NCBI GenBank assembly: GCA_965215515.1
Contig: OZ244057.1
Span: 1,984,001-2,048,000 of the forward strand
Reading direction: 5' to 3'
Length of the DNA stretch: 64,000 nt
Origin: Oligoflexales bacterium
GTDB lineage: Bacteria; Bdellovibrionota_B; Oligoflexia; Oligoflexales; JAPPIL01
In this document: one piece after another, positions 40,925-50,778 of the stretch
How positions within the stretch are numbered: position 1 is the stretch's first letter
Layout of the letters: every line of letters begins with the position of its first letter
Program-made: the position numbers and the translations under genes
The notes under the pieces: generated by a model
The model's database searches: none
What the model saw: the letters and a program-made list of their open reading frames with translations, nothing else
Told to the model about the DNA's origin: nothing

Positions 40925-41923
40925 CTATCTCACTATCTGATTAATTTCATCCACAACATCCACACCAGAAGTTTTTTGTCGCAAAATCACCAGAAAACGC
41001 CGCGAGGACGGGTTGAGCTGCCGTGCCAATTTCTCCACACAGGCGAACTGCACCCAATACGGCAGACGTGCCAGTAATTGTGCTAACTGCCCAGCATGTT
41101 TATCATAGTAGACCGCCAACACCTGCTGTGCCGCCTCCGCCAAGGCAGGGTTGCGAGATACAACATAGCTGAAGAGCACCCTCAACTGAGGGTGCTGGAC
41201 GGTGACGGGGTACAGGCGCAGATGCTGCAACATCAGGAGACGCAGAGGGATGTTGTGCACCGCGGGTAACCTCTGACGCAAGGAGGCGGGGGACACATCG
41301 GCCAGGTAGGCAAGAAAATCCTCGCTGGCACGGTGAGGGTTGAGCTTCAGTAACGCACGGGCAAAATCCTTGTTGTGTGTCCCCTGTAAACCCTGCCGCA
41401 CAAACGTATAACCCTCGTTCACCCGATTGGCCGCGACAGCAGCCGCCACCTGCGGAAAAAATAACGCCCGCTCCCGCCCCTGTCGCAGAGCTTGCTCCAA
41501 AGTTTGTGTGATGGACACAGCCATGCGCGACGACGGCATCAAAGTAGCAACCTGCCACCCCGTCTGCAATAACACCGCATGCCGCTGTTCAGGAGCAGTT
41601 AACAAAACAAAAATACGCGGGGCATGGGGGTCAGCGGTCAATTGATAGAGGTGCAGTATCGCTACCAGCCCTACCACCTCCCCGCGCCGCAACATACGAG
41701 GCACTGCCGCCGCAATGTGCTTGCCTGCCGCAGCTAGACGCTGTTCCCTCTGGAGCTGCCGATACACAGGCCGCAGAGCCTTGCCGCCGTGTGTCCGCAC
41801 CGCTGCTACCAGCTCGGCAACACTCAAACCCTCGTAGCTCTGCGGCAGACCATCGTCCAAGCGCATCAAGGTCGCACAAGAGGTTAGCAGCACACCCCCT
41901 AGCAGAATTCGCCATGCCATCAC
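40925..41923 (-). CDS. Hypothetical lipoprotein, alpha-helical (possibly HEAT-like)
   Basis: LLTSC lipobox; Leu/Ala-rich ORF in a tight gene run. Confidence 0.6.
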   Translation of the reverse strand: MMAWRILLGGVLLTSCATLMRLDDGLPQSYEGLSVAELVAAVRTHGGKALRPVYRQLQREQRLAAAGKHIAAAVPRMLRRGEVVGLVAILHLYQLTADPHAPRIFVLLTAPEQRHAVLLQTGWQVATLMPSSRMAVSITQTLEQALRQGRERALFFPQVAAAVAANRVNEGYTFVRQGLQGTHNKDFARALLKLNPHRASEDFLAYLADVSPASLRQRLPAVHNIPLRLLMLQHLRLYPVTVQHPQLRVLFSYVVSRNPALAEAAQQVLAVYYDKHAGQLAQLLARLPYWVQFACVEKLARQLNPSSRRFLVILRQKTSGVDVVDEINQIVR

Positions 41924-42315
41924 CCGTTTACCTCCACAGCCAGCATCTTGCCAAAAACACCCGCGGGGAAACTACCCGTCGCGGGTGTCTCAGTCTTGAT
42001 AGTCAGCACACAACCGCCACCTCGGCAGGGACATACCCGCATAGATTGTATCCCGTATTGCCGATAAAAATCTAAAAAACCCCGCACATCGACCAACACA
42101 GGCGGCAACGGTACTGCCCTCTGGACATGCAGCTCGATCTCACACAACGTTGCAAAACGCCGCACAAAAACAAGCGGGCAAAGACATAGTTTCTCACCTG
42201 AACGCTGAGTTTTGAGCAGCGCACACAGAAAATCACGCTCGTGAAACAACCGCCGCAACAAGTACAGGAGCACCAAAAACACCAGTGCCGAGCTCAGGTG
42301 CAGGAAGAGCGACAT
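41920..42315 (-). CDS. Hypothetical membrane protein
   Basis: ATG at 42315 followed by a TM segment; overlaps both neighbours. Confidence 0.45.
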   Translation of the reverse strand: MSLFLHLSSALVFLVLLYLLRRLFHERDFLCALLKTQRSGEKLCLCPLVFVRRFATLCEIELHVQRAVPLPPVLVDVRGFLDFYRQYGIQSMRVCPCRGGGCVLTIKTETPATGSFPAGVFGKMLAVEVNG

Positions 42316-44249
42316 CGCTGCCTCCCCGCACCCAACAGTGGCAACAACAGCAACAACGACAGCGGATAGGCAGACACGTCGGCATCGACAGTGCCGCACG
42401 CGACGATATCCACCCGATGGACAGGGTCTTGAGCGATAATATCCTGCGCGGGGGTCACCTCCCCCCGCACCGCGGTATCTGCGTCGAGCAGCCCAAAACC
42501 GAGCAACGGCACGGGGTGTTCGGTGTTGTCGAGTTTAGCTAAGTAGTGAGTTCTGTTGCGGTTATGCCTGAAAAGGTCTTTGTTCTTCTCCTTGTCGGGG
42601 TACAGCTTGTCAGGGTTGGAGCTAAAAAGAAGACGATTCTCAATCTGCTCAGCACTCAACGGCTCCGCCCGTACCGCGACCATCAAACCCGCCACACCCG
42701 CGACTACAGGGGTAGCCATAGATGTGCCCGCCTGCTTCTCGTAGCCATCGCCTGGCACGGTCGAGCAGATCCTGCTGGTACTGCTACCGCCTGGGGCGGC
42801 GATGTCCACCCACATGCCGAAGTTAGAGAACCTTGACTTACTGCCGTTCGCACCCGTAGCGGACACTGCCAGCACATCTTTGAGGGCGGCGGGATAGGTA
42901 CGTGCCATCGTGTCCTCGTTGCCAGCTGCACCGACAACCAATACTCCCTTGCCTTCGTCAGTACTGGCCTTGTGCTTGAGGTTGTTGATCAACAGTGCCA
43001 CCGCCCGTGAGCGGTGGAATTTGCCGATGGAAGCGTTGATGACGCGCACTTCGATTCTTTTCCGCCACAGCTCGTGGACGTACTTCAGACCATTCAGGAT
43101 AGAGGTATCGGTAACACCGCCTGTTCTGCTGTCCTCAGGACCTCCTGCCCCTACTCCCGTCAATACCCTGATGTTGATAATTTTGCAAAAAGGGCACACA
43201 CCAGCTATCTTACAGTTGTTACCGCCGTCCGCCCCCACCCCACCGTCAGCGGCAATAATGCCAGCCACGTGCGTACCGTGCGAACAGGAGGCAAAGCCTA
43301 CATCATCCCCGCCGCGCGGACACGCACCGCCTTCGGCCTTGTCGAGTCGCTTCGCCCAGTGAGGGTTTGTGCCCCACGGACGTGCATGCCCGTCACCCAG
43401 CTCGCCCTTCAGGGGGTTGGTGGTGTTGCAGCCGTGTCGGTCATCACCACACGCGAGGTCGTACCTAGTAGCGAGCTGTAACATTTTGCTCTTCAGGGCG
43501 GGATGTTCGTGGTCAATCCCGCTGTCGAAGATCGCGACGATCGTCTGGTTGACATCATCCCAGCTGCGATAGTTGCTGTCGTCATCCTTGACAGCTTGAG
43601 CGATGTTGCCGAAGGCATCGGCGAGGTTGATCTCCTTGTGCCACCAAAAGTTCTCGCTGCGGTGCATCTGGTAACTGTCGTATTCCCTGCGCAAGGCATC
43701 GTAGTCAGTAACATTCTCTGGTTGGGAAGAATCTTCCTCCGACTCTGAGGGGTCTTCCTCTACCAGACCAATATAGACAGGCTCGGCAAAATAAATATCA
43801 CCCCGTGCCTGCCAGTGTTGAAGGTGCGCGGCAGCCAGGGCGTTGGAGGCAAACCTGACCTCGACGATAATCCCCGTCGGCGGACGCTCACCTTGCTGCC
43901 AGTTGAGTGTGTCGAGCGGGAGAAATGTGTTGTCCTGCATGGAAGGCAATGTCACCGCACTGATCAACCTGATGTCTGTGATGCCCGCATCGTAGTGGTA
44001 CATCTCGTTGAGGAAGGGGGAGAAATGAACAGTTTCGGCACGATAGCCGACGAAACTTTCCCGCGCCAAGCCTGGCAGCGACTTGAAGAGAACGATGTAG
44101 CGGTTAGCCACAACCTGCAGCGTGTCGATCTGCTCCTGTGTCGCGATTACTACCGCGGGTAGCGAAGTGTCCCTTTGCGGCGGGGATGCGCCGCAGGAAA
44201 GTTGCCATAGAGTGCAGAAAAGAGCATAGTAGAGAGAGCTGGTGCGCAT
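42294..44249 (-). CDS. S8 subtilisin-like peptidase, lipoprotein with a C-terminal sorting-like tail
   Basis: VAIFDSGID, HGTHVAGII, AAGNE, GTSMATP; N-terminal LSC lipobox. Confidence 0.93.
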   Translation of the reverse strand: MRTSSLYYALFCTLWQLSCGASPPQRDTSLPAVVIATQEQIDTLQVVANRYIVLFKSLPGLARESFVGYRAETVHFSPFLNEMYHYDAGITDIRLISAVTLPSMQDNTFLPLDTLNWQQGERPPTGIIVEVRFASNALAAAHLQHWQARGDIYFAEPVYIGLVEEDPSESEEDSSQPENVTDYDALRREYDSYQMHRSENFWWHKEINLADAFGNIAQAVKDDDSNYRSWDDVNQTIVAIFDSGIDHEHPALKSKMLQLATRYDLACGDDRHGCNTTNPLKGELGDGHARPWGTNPHWAKRLDKAEGGACPRGGDDVGFASCSHGTHVAGIIAADGGVGADGGNNCKIAGVCPFCKIINIRVLTGVGAGGPEDSRTGGVTDTSILNGLKYVHELWRKRIEVRVINASIGKFHRSRAVALLINNLKHKASTDEGKGVLVVGAAGNEDTMARTYPAALKDVLAVSATGANGSKSRFSNFGMWVDIAAPGGSSTSRICSTVPGDGYEKQAGTSMATPVVAGVAGLMVAVRAEPLSAEQIENRLLFSSNPDKLYPDKEKNKDLFRHNRNRTHYLAKLDNTEHPVPLLGFGLLDADTAVRGEVTPAQDIIAQDPVHRVDIVACGTVDADVSAYPLSLLLLLPLLGAGRQRCRSSCT

Positions 44250-44341
44250 GGGCGGTTGCTCGTCCGTGTCGGTGAATCAAGTCTCGCGACCATTCTACCA
44301 GACACGAGCGCGCAACTTGAACAACAAATTTTCACAGGCTT

Positions 44342-45445
44342 ATGGGCGAAGGAAAACACGGTGCACAGACGAGGGCTTGGCTCACAGAGCTGACCACAGA
44401 GTATCGCCGTATCTGTTATTCTTTTGCGGTACGGTTGACAGCTCCGATTATCCGTATCGCCGACCTGCCGTCTGCTTGGGGGATATGGCAAGCGCAGCCT
44501 CGCATGATTACCATCGCCCACCGTCTGATTAGCGATTATCCTTGGAACACCGTTATTGAGGTGCTCAAGCACGAGATGGCACACCAGATGGTCGACGAAA
44601 TCCATCACTGCAACAACGAGCAGCACGGCGAGCTGTTCCGATCCTGCTGCCGTCAACTGGGAATGGCGAGCTGGTCGATGCGAGCCGAAATCGAACTGGG
44701 TGCACAGGTCTTCGCCCACGAAAGCGAGGCGGGTGATGTCAGCCACAGCCCCGTGCTGCGCAAGATCAAAAAACTCCTCGCCCTAGGCACTTCCAGCGAA
44801 AAGCACGAGGCTGAGCTAGCCATGCAGCGAGTACGCGAACTTTGCGACCGCCATAACCTCAAGTCTTTGCCCGAAGCAGACGATCGGTATGTTATGCAGA
44901 TACTGAACCAACACAAGCAACGCCTCAGTCGCACACAGTTGGCGATCTGCGGCCTGCTGACCAGCAACTTCGCGGTCAACGTTATCTGTGCATCGCTTTA
45001 CAATGCGGCTGACAACACCACTCACCGCACTATCGAACTGTTCGGACGGGCAGCCGAGGTCAAAATTGCCGAATACGTTTACAACTTCTTGCTACATCAG
45101 ATTAGCCTGTCATGGGACGAGGCACGCCGTGCTTTGCCCGCCTCAGCCCGCCGCAGCAAGAGTTCCTTCAGCGAAGGGCTGCTAGCAGGGTTTGCCCAAA
45201 CGCTGGCACGCGCTGCCCAGACGGACAGTGCGCGGCAGGCACACGCGCTGACCGTGCAGCTGCGCACACAGGCGGTTGACTTCTCCAAAACACGCTGCCC
45301 ACGAGTGCGGTCGGTCAGTGTCGGGAGCAGGCGCTATCGGCGGGACAGCTATACTCGTGGTTACGAGGCGGGTCGCCAACTCAAGCTACGGCCAGGCGTG
45401 GGGGAAGACGGTGAGCTGCGGTATCTTAAGGGAGGTTTGTCGTGA
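44342..45445 (+). CDS. SprT-like metalloprotease / DUF2786 domain protein
   Basis: LKHEMAHQ zincin motif, HGELF, KIKKLLALGTSSEKHEAELAM. Confidence 0.85.
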   Translation: MGEGKHGAQTRAWLTELTTEYRRICYSFAVRLTAPIIRIADLPSAWGIWQAQPRMITIAHRLISDYPWNTVIEVLKHEMAHQMVDEIHHCNNEQHGELFRSCCRQLGMASWSMRAEIELGAQVFAHESEAGDVSHSPVLRKIKKLLALGTSSEKHEAELAMQRVRELCDRHNLKSLPEADDRYVMQILNQHKQRLSRTQLAICGLLTSNFAVNVICASLYNAADNTTHRTIELFGRAAEVKIAEYVYNFLLHQISLSWDEARRALPASARRSKSSFSEGLLAGFAQTLARAAQTDSARQAHALTVQLRTQAVDFSKTRCPRVRSVSVGSRRYRRDSYTRGYEAGRQLKLRPGVGEDGELRYLKGGLS

Positions 45446-46095
45446 AGAAACGTCTCGTCATCGTCTCAGCCCCTTCGGGCACGGGCAAAACTTCGCTCGA
45501 CCTGTACGTGCAACGCCACCATGCCGATCGTGTCACGATAGTACGCAGTTGCACCACCCGCCCCGCTCGCAGCGAGGGTACAGTGGAGAAAAGCTATCTG
45601 CACGTTACCCCGCAAGAATTCCAGCAGATGCGCACCGCAGGTGAGTTTATCGAGTGGGCGGAGGTTTTCGGCAACCTCTACGGCACAACTGAACACGAGG
45701 TCACACGTATTACCGCAGCGGGCAAGACCGCTTTATTGGAAATCGATGTGCAGGGAGGACAACAGATAAAAACTAAATTTCCTGACAGCTTGGCTGTTTT
45801 TATCCTTCCTCCGAGCATCGCGGAATTGCACCGTCGCCTGACGCAACGCGGGACAGACACGGCTGCCGCACAGCAGAAACGTTTACAAGCAGCCTGTGTC
45901 GAGATTCAGCGCGGGCGCACCTATGATTGTTTCATGGTCAACGCTGATTTTGCCACCTCTTGCACAGAGCTGGAAAATATCGTCTTGCAGCGCCATGCTC
46001 CACGCCTCACACGAACGCAGGGGATTGCTTGCTGTGATCGTTTGGTGGAGGAATTTCAGCAGTATGACTGGCAACGCACCGCGGAGGTAGGTTGA
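45442..46095 (+). CDS. gmk: Guanylate kinase
   Basis: SAPSGTGKTS, TTRPAR, EWAEVFGNLYGT, EIDVQG. Confidence 0.95.
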   Translation: MKKRLVIVSAPSGTGKTSLDLYVQRHHADRVTIVRSCTTRPARSEGTVEKSYLHVTPQEFQQMRTAGEFIEWAEVFGNLYGTTEHEVTRITAAGKTALLEIDVQGGQQIKTKFPDSLAVFILPPSIAELHRRLTQRGTDTAAAQQKRLQAACVEIQRGRTYDCFMVNADFATSCTELENIVLQRHAPRLTRTQGIACCDRLVEEFQQYDWQRTAEVG

Positions 46096-46186
46096 AAAAA
46101 ATATCTTTGTGCTCTAGACAAGGAAATAGCTACCCGCACTAAGCGTTGCCTGTGAGGGGCAATGCCAGCAGAGATGAGGTGTCGAA

Positions 46187-48421
46187 TTGATCGAGCCAGC
46201 GAGCGGTATGCCTTCCGTCGCCACGGAGGGCGGGGAAGATTTTCCTCATGCGGTGTTCGCACAACTGAAAGAGAACCTCGGCGGCTATCTCAACGACACC
46301 GATCTGGAGTTGGTAACTCGTGCCTATCGCTTCGCCGCCCGCAGCCACGCGGGGCAGTTTAGGGCATCGGGCGAGCCGTACATCACCCATCCGCTGGAGG
46401 TCGCGAACATCTTGACGATGATGAAGATGGACACCGCCTCGGTTGCCGCGGCGGTCTTACACGATGTCGTCGAGGATACCGCAACGACGCTGGGGGACAT
46501 CCACAGCTCTTTCGGCGCAGATGTTGCACAACTGGTCGATAGTCTTACCAAAATTTCTCGCATCAAATTCCGTTCGAAGCAGGAGCGTCTGGCGGAAAAC
46601 TTTCGCAAAATGGTGGTGGCGATGGCCAAAGACTTGCGGGTCATTCTGATCAAGCTCGCCGATCGCCTGCACAACATGCGCACCATCAGTGTTTTGCCCC
46701 CCGCTAAACGGATGCGCATCGCACAGGAGACGCTCGACATTTATGCCCCGCTAGCAACACGCTTGGGCATTTATGGAATCAAGAGCGAACTCGAAGACTT
46801 ATGTTTTCGGCAAGTCAAGAAAGACATCTACAGCGAGATAACTAGCAAAGTTGCGCAGAAAAAAACACAACGGGAACGCTACATAGAAGAGGTGCGTGGC
46901 ATTATCGCTGAGGAACTGCAACGCTATGGCTTTAAAGCCAATGTCTATGGTCGTCCGAAACATTTTTATTCTATTTACAAAAAAATGGTTGATCGTAAAT
47001 TAAACTTTGAAGATATCCATGACTTGTTTGCGTTTAGGATTATCGTTGCCACGATCAAGGATTGTTATGAGGCGTTGGGCATTATTCATGCGATGTGGAA
47101 ACCGATGCCAGGGCGTTTCAAGGATTACATTGCCATGCCTAAGGCTAACCTTTATCAATCGCTGCACACGACCGTGATACGGCCTGGTGGTGAGCCAGCC
47201 GAGATTCAAATTCGCACCGTCGATATGCATGAGCGCAGTGAGTACGGCATTGCTGCCCATGCTTTTTACAAGGAGAGTGTGAGTAAGAGCAGTAAGACGG
47301 ATGAAAAGACTTTCTCGTGGTTGCGGCAGATCATGCAGTGGCAGAGCGAGTTGACCGACCCCGATGAGTTTCTGGAAGCGGTGAAGGTTGAGTTGTTTGA
47401 GGAGGAAATATTTGTTTTCACTCCACAGGGTGATGTCATTCAATTGCCGCTGGGGGGCACAGCGATTGATTTTGCTTTTTCGGTGCACACCGATGTGGGT
47501 TTGCATTGTGCGGGAGCGAAGGTCAACGGCAAAATGGTGTCGATCAAACAAGAAATCAAGTCGGGTGATATTGTTGAGATTATCGCGTCGCCGCATCAGA
47601 AACCGAACAAAGACTGGCTCACCTATGTGCGCACTTCCAAAGCTCGCAACAAGATTCGTTCTTTCTTACGCAGTGAGAAGCGCCAACGCAGTCATAGCAT
47701 GGGAGGTGATCTGCTCAGGACGGAGTTGGAGGCACGGCAACTCAACTACAACAATTTTCTCACCGACGCTGAAAAAGATCGTTTATCTCGTCTGGGCAAA
47801 GAGAGTAATTTCGACGATCTGCTGATTTCAATCGGGTATGGCAAGGTCAACGTGTCCAACCTGTTGAACAGGCGTTTCAAGGACACTAAAGACGAGCATG
47901 TTATAGCGCAGACACGCGGGAAGGCGAGCAAGGCTACCGCACAAAAAGGCGTGCTTATCTCTGGCTTGGACGATATTCTAGTCAGCTTTGGGCGTTGTTG
48001 TAGTCCTTTGCCTGGGGAAGATATTGTTGGTTTTATCACCCGCGGGCGGGGTGTAACGGTGCATCGCAAGACCTGTTCACGTGCGTATGACATGGATCCT
48101 CAGCGGCGCATCGCGGCATCTTGGAAGGGTGGGAGTGACAACGGTGATGACCACCCTTGCTATTTGCGGGTCATGTCAAAGTCTCGCAAAGGCGTGCTGG
48201 CGGAAGTTACCAATGTCATCGCGGCTCACGGAGCGAACATTTTGGAAGCAAATATTCGCACTACTGAAGAACTGACCGCGGTGCATGATTTTTGTCTTGG
48301 GCTTAGCAGCATGAAGCAGCTGCAAGCTATCATCGGCAAGCTAGAAATGGTGAGCTCCGTTGTCAGTGTCGAGCGCCGTTCCCCCACCTCGCTACGGCAG
48401 CGGCGACGGAGTCGGATGTAG
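46187..48421 (+). CDS. spoT: Bifunctional (p)ppGpp synthetase/hydrolase (long RSH)
   Basis: HDVVED hydrolase motif, RFKDY, YQSLHT, TGS, CC and ACT domains. Confidence 0.96.
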   Translation: MIEPASGMPSVATEGGEDFPHAVFAQLKENLGGYLNDTDLELVTRAYRFAARSHAGQFRASGEPYITHPLEVANILTMMKMDTASVAAAVLHDVVEDTATTLGDIHSSFGADVAQLVDSLTKISRIKFRSKQERLAENFRKMVVAMAKDLRVILIKLADRLHNMRTISVLPPAKRMRIAQETLDIYAPLATRLGIYGIKSELEDLCFRQVKKDIYSEITSKVAQKKTQRERYIEEVRGIIAEELQRYGFKANVYGRPKHFYSIYKKMVDRKLNFEDIHDLFAFRIIVATIKDCYEALGIIHAMWKPMPGRFKDYIAMPKANLYQSLHTTVIRPGGEPAEIQIRTVDMHERSEYGIAAHAFYKESVSKSSKTDEKTFSWLRQIMQWQSELTDPDEFLEAVKVELFEEEIFVFTPQGDVIQLPLGGTAIDFAFSVHTDVGLHCAGAKVNGKMVSIKQEIKSGDIVEIIASPHQKPNKDWLTYVRTSKARNKIRSFLRSEKRQRSHSMGGDLLRTELEARQLNYNNFLTDAEKDRLSRLGKESNFDDLLISIGYGKVNVSNLLNRRFKDTKDEHVIAQTRGKASKATAQKGVLISGLDDILVSFGRCCSPLPGEDIVGFITRGRGVTVHRKTCSRAYDMDPQRRIAASWKGGSDNGDDHPCYLRVMSKSRKGVLAEVTNVIAAHGANILEANIRTTEELTAVHDFCLGLSSMKQLQAIIGKLEMVSSVVSVERRSPTSLRQRRRSRM

Positions 48422-48474
48422 GTTTTCTTTCTTGTCATTTATGGGGGCGCGGGAGTATAGCCACTCCTCTTTTT

Positions 48475-49341
48475 TCAGTTAGTAGCGCGCAAAGTTTTGC
48501 ATAACGTCAGGGTGCGCACCAGGCCGTGCAGGTCACGCACGGCCGCTGTTGTTACTAAACCTTGGGCGAGAAAAGCTTTCTCGGTCGCCTGAGCTGTGTG
48601 GGGATTGAGTTCGATAATCAATTCTCCCTCCTCTTTCAGCAGTTGCACGGCTAAGGCGGCGAGACGGCGATAGTGAGCTAAACCATGTCGATCGGTGAAC
48701 AGTGCGAGGTGTGGTTCGTAGTCACGTACCGCGGCAGACAAACTCGGCTGTTCACGCGGCAAAATATAGGGCGGGTTGGCGACGATAAGATCGAAGAGGG
48801 TCGCGGTCGGTGGCGGGTCGGTAAACATGTCGTGCTGCACAAAGGTAATGTTATGACAGTTGTGCTGTGTGGCATTGCGTGCGGCAACCGCAAGGGCTGC
48901 GGTGGAAATCTCCCATGCGGTGACCTGACTGTGCGGGAATTCACACGCCAGCGTGATGGCAAGGCAACCGCTGCCCGTGCCGATATCGAGAATATGCAGG
49001 TCTGCGGTAGCAGGAAAATTTTTTTTCGCCGCCGTAATCAGCTGTTCTGTCTCAGGGCGTGGAATGAGTACATCCTTATCGACGTAAAAGCTTCGTCCGT
49101 AAAATTCTTTCTCGCCGACAAGATAGGCGATCGGCTCACCGCGTTGACGGCGCAGCAGCAAGTCGTGCAGGTGTGCACGTTGCGTGCGGGTTAACTTTTG
49201 TTCGCGGTGTGCATAGAGTTGTTCTTTGCGCATTCTCAGTACACGTTGCAACAAGCATTCCACATCGAGTCTCGCGACGGCGGGGACGCGCCACAGGGTT
49301 TCCCCGATAGTCGGGTGTGAGGGAAGGCGGTTAGCGAGCAT
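48475..49341 (-). CDS. prmC: Release factor glutamine methyltransferase
   Basis: GEPIAYLVG, LIPRPETE, DIGTGSG, NPPY; ATG overlaps the end of pgi. Confidence 0.95.
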   Translation of the reverse strand: MLANRLPSHPTIGETLWRVPAVARLDVECLLQRVLRMRKEQLYAHREQKLTRTQRAHLHDLLLRRQRGEPIAYLVGEKEFYGRSFYVDKDVLIPRPETEQLITAAKKNFPATADLHILDIGTGSGCLAITLACEFPHSQVTAWEISTAALAVAARNATQHNCHNITFVQHDMFTDPPPTATLFDLIVANPPYILPREQPSLSAAVRDYEPHLALFTDRHGLAHYRRLAALAVQLLKEEGELIIELNPHTAQATEKAFLAQGLVTTAAVRDLHGLVRTLTLCKTLRATN

Positions 49342-50632
49342 TAGTCGCGGCACATTGCCGCAGGTTTTTTTTGTAAACTTCCACCCCTGGTTGATCGAAG
49401 GGATTGACATCGAGTAGTGCGCCGCTGAGCGCACAAGCAGTTTGCATGAAGGCGAACAGATAACCGAGATGAAATTCATCGAGGTGCGGTACGGTGATAT
49501 CGAGATTAGGCACGCCACCTTTGCCGTGTGCTGCCTGTGTGCCTTGCACGGCAGCGAGATTGAGCTCTTGCAGTAACCTGTTGGTGGCGAAACCGAGCCC
49601 ATCGTCAGTGTCAGGGGGGATACGCAGGCGACGTTCAATACCACGTGCATCGTGAGAAGGGGCGGTAATGGTCAGGAAGGTTTCCAGCAAATGACGTTTG
49701 CCATCTTGCAGGTACTGCCCCAACGCATGCAAATCGGTGGTCAACAACATGATGCTAGGAAAAATGCCTTTGCCATCTTTTCCCTCCGACTCACCGAAGA
49801 GTTGTTTCCACCAATCGGCGAAGGCACGTAACTTGGGATCGCTACAGGACAACACCTCGATCAACTTGCCGTGGCGATGGCAAGCGTTGCGCAACGTAGC
49901 GTACTGCACCGCGGGATTTTGTGCATTGTGGGGCAGAGAGAAAAAACTCGCAGCACCGCGCAATAGTGCCTCAGTGTCGTATTGTGCGAGTGCGAGGGGA
50001 ACTAAACCCACCGCAGTCAGTACTGAATATCGCCCCCCGATATTATCGGGCACGGGGAAGGTCAAACAACCGTGCTGTTTAGCGAAGGCACGCAGCGCTC
50101 CCTTTGCGGCATCGGTGACAACGACAATGCGGGCGTACGCAGCCGCAGCACCGAACCGTTGCGTCAGGTAACTTTTAATCAAGCGAAAGGCAACCGCGGT
50201 TTCCAGCGTTGTGCCGCTTTTGCTGATGACCACGACCACAGGCTCGCTGCGATCGAGTGCGTCGATACATTCGAGCGTCAGCGTTTCCGAGAGATGATAG
50301 CCGCAGAAGGATAACCGCGGCTTGTCTGTTGGTGGCAGGTAACTGTGGGACAGGGCTTCGTGTACTGCCAGCGTGCCTTGAAACGAACCGCCGATACCGA
50401 GCACCAGCACGTGATCGTAAACGAGCGGCAGCTTCGCGAGCTCGTCCGAGATCTGGGTGCTGAGTGCGAAACCGTCCCGTTGCGGATAGGCGAAGAATCC
50501 CGTCCATTCCCCGCCACGATAAGTGCCCGCCGCCAAAGCTGCCAGTGCTTCACCAGCCTGCCGCTCCAAGCCGCGAGCTTCTTGCACGATGTCGGGGGGA
50601 ATGAACTGCTTGTCAATGCTTGCACTCATCAC
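49331..50632 (-). CDS. pgi: Glucose-6-phosphate isomerase
   Basis: GIGGS, SKSGTTLE, GGRYSV, QLFGESEGK, FDQPGVEVYK. Confidence 0.97.
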   Translation of the reverse strand: MMSASIDKQFIPPDIVQEARGLERQAGEALAALAAGTYRGGEWTGFFAYPQRDGFALSTQISDELAKLPLVYDHVLVLGIGGSFQGTLAVHEALSHSYLPPTDKPRLSFCGYHLSETLTLECIDALDRSEPVVVVISKSGTTLETAVAFRLIKSYLTQRFGAAAAYARIVVVTDAAKGALRAFAKQHGCLTFPVPDNIGGRYSVLTAVGLVPLALAQYDTEALLRGAASFFSLPHNAQNPAVQYATLRNACHRHGKLIEVLSCSDPKLRAFADWWKQLFGESEGKDGKGIFPSIMLLTTDLHALGQYLQDGKRHLLETFLTITAPSHDARGIERRLRIPPDTDDGLGFATNRLLQELNLAAVQGTQAAHGKGGVPNLDITVPHLDEFHLGYLFAFMQTACALSGALLDVNPFDQPGVEVYKKNLRQCAATNAR

Positions 50633-50778
50633 GTTCTGTCATGTTTAGCCGCGGTTTTCTTTTATCCATGCGAGGGAAAAAAAGCAACGGTGGTGTGAGT
50701 TGTCCGTCTCTTACTGGGATGAGGAAAATTTAGTTGTCTTAGTGGTGTCGAACGTGATACACTGCTGCGGAACTTTGC

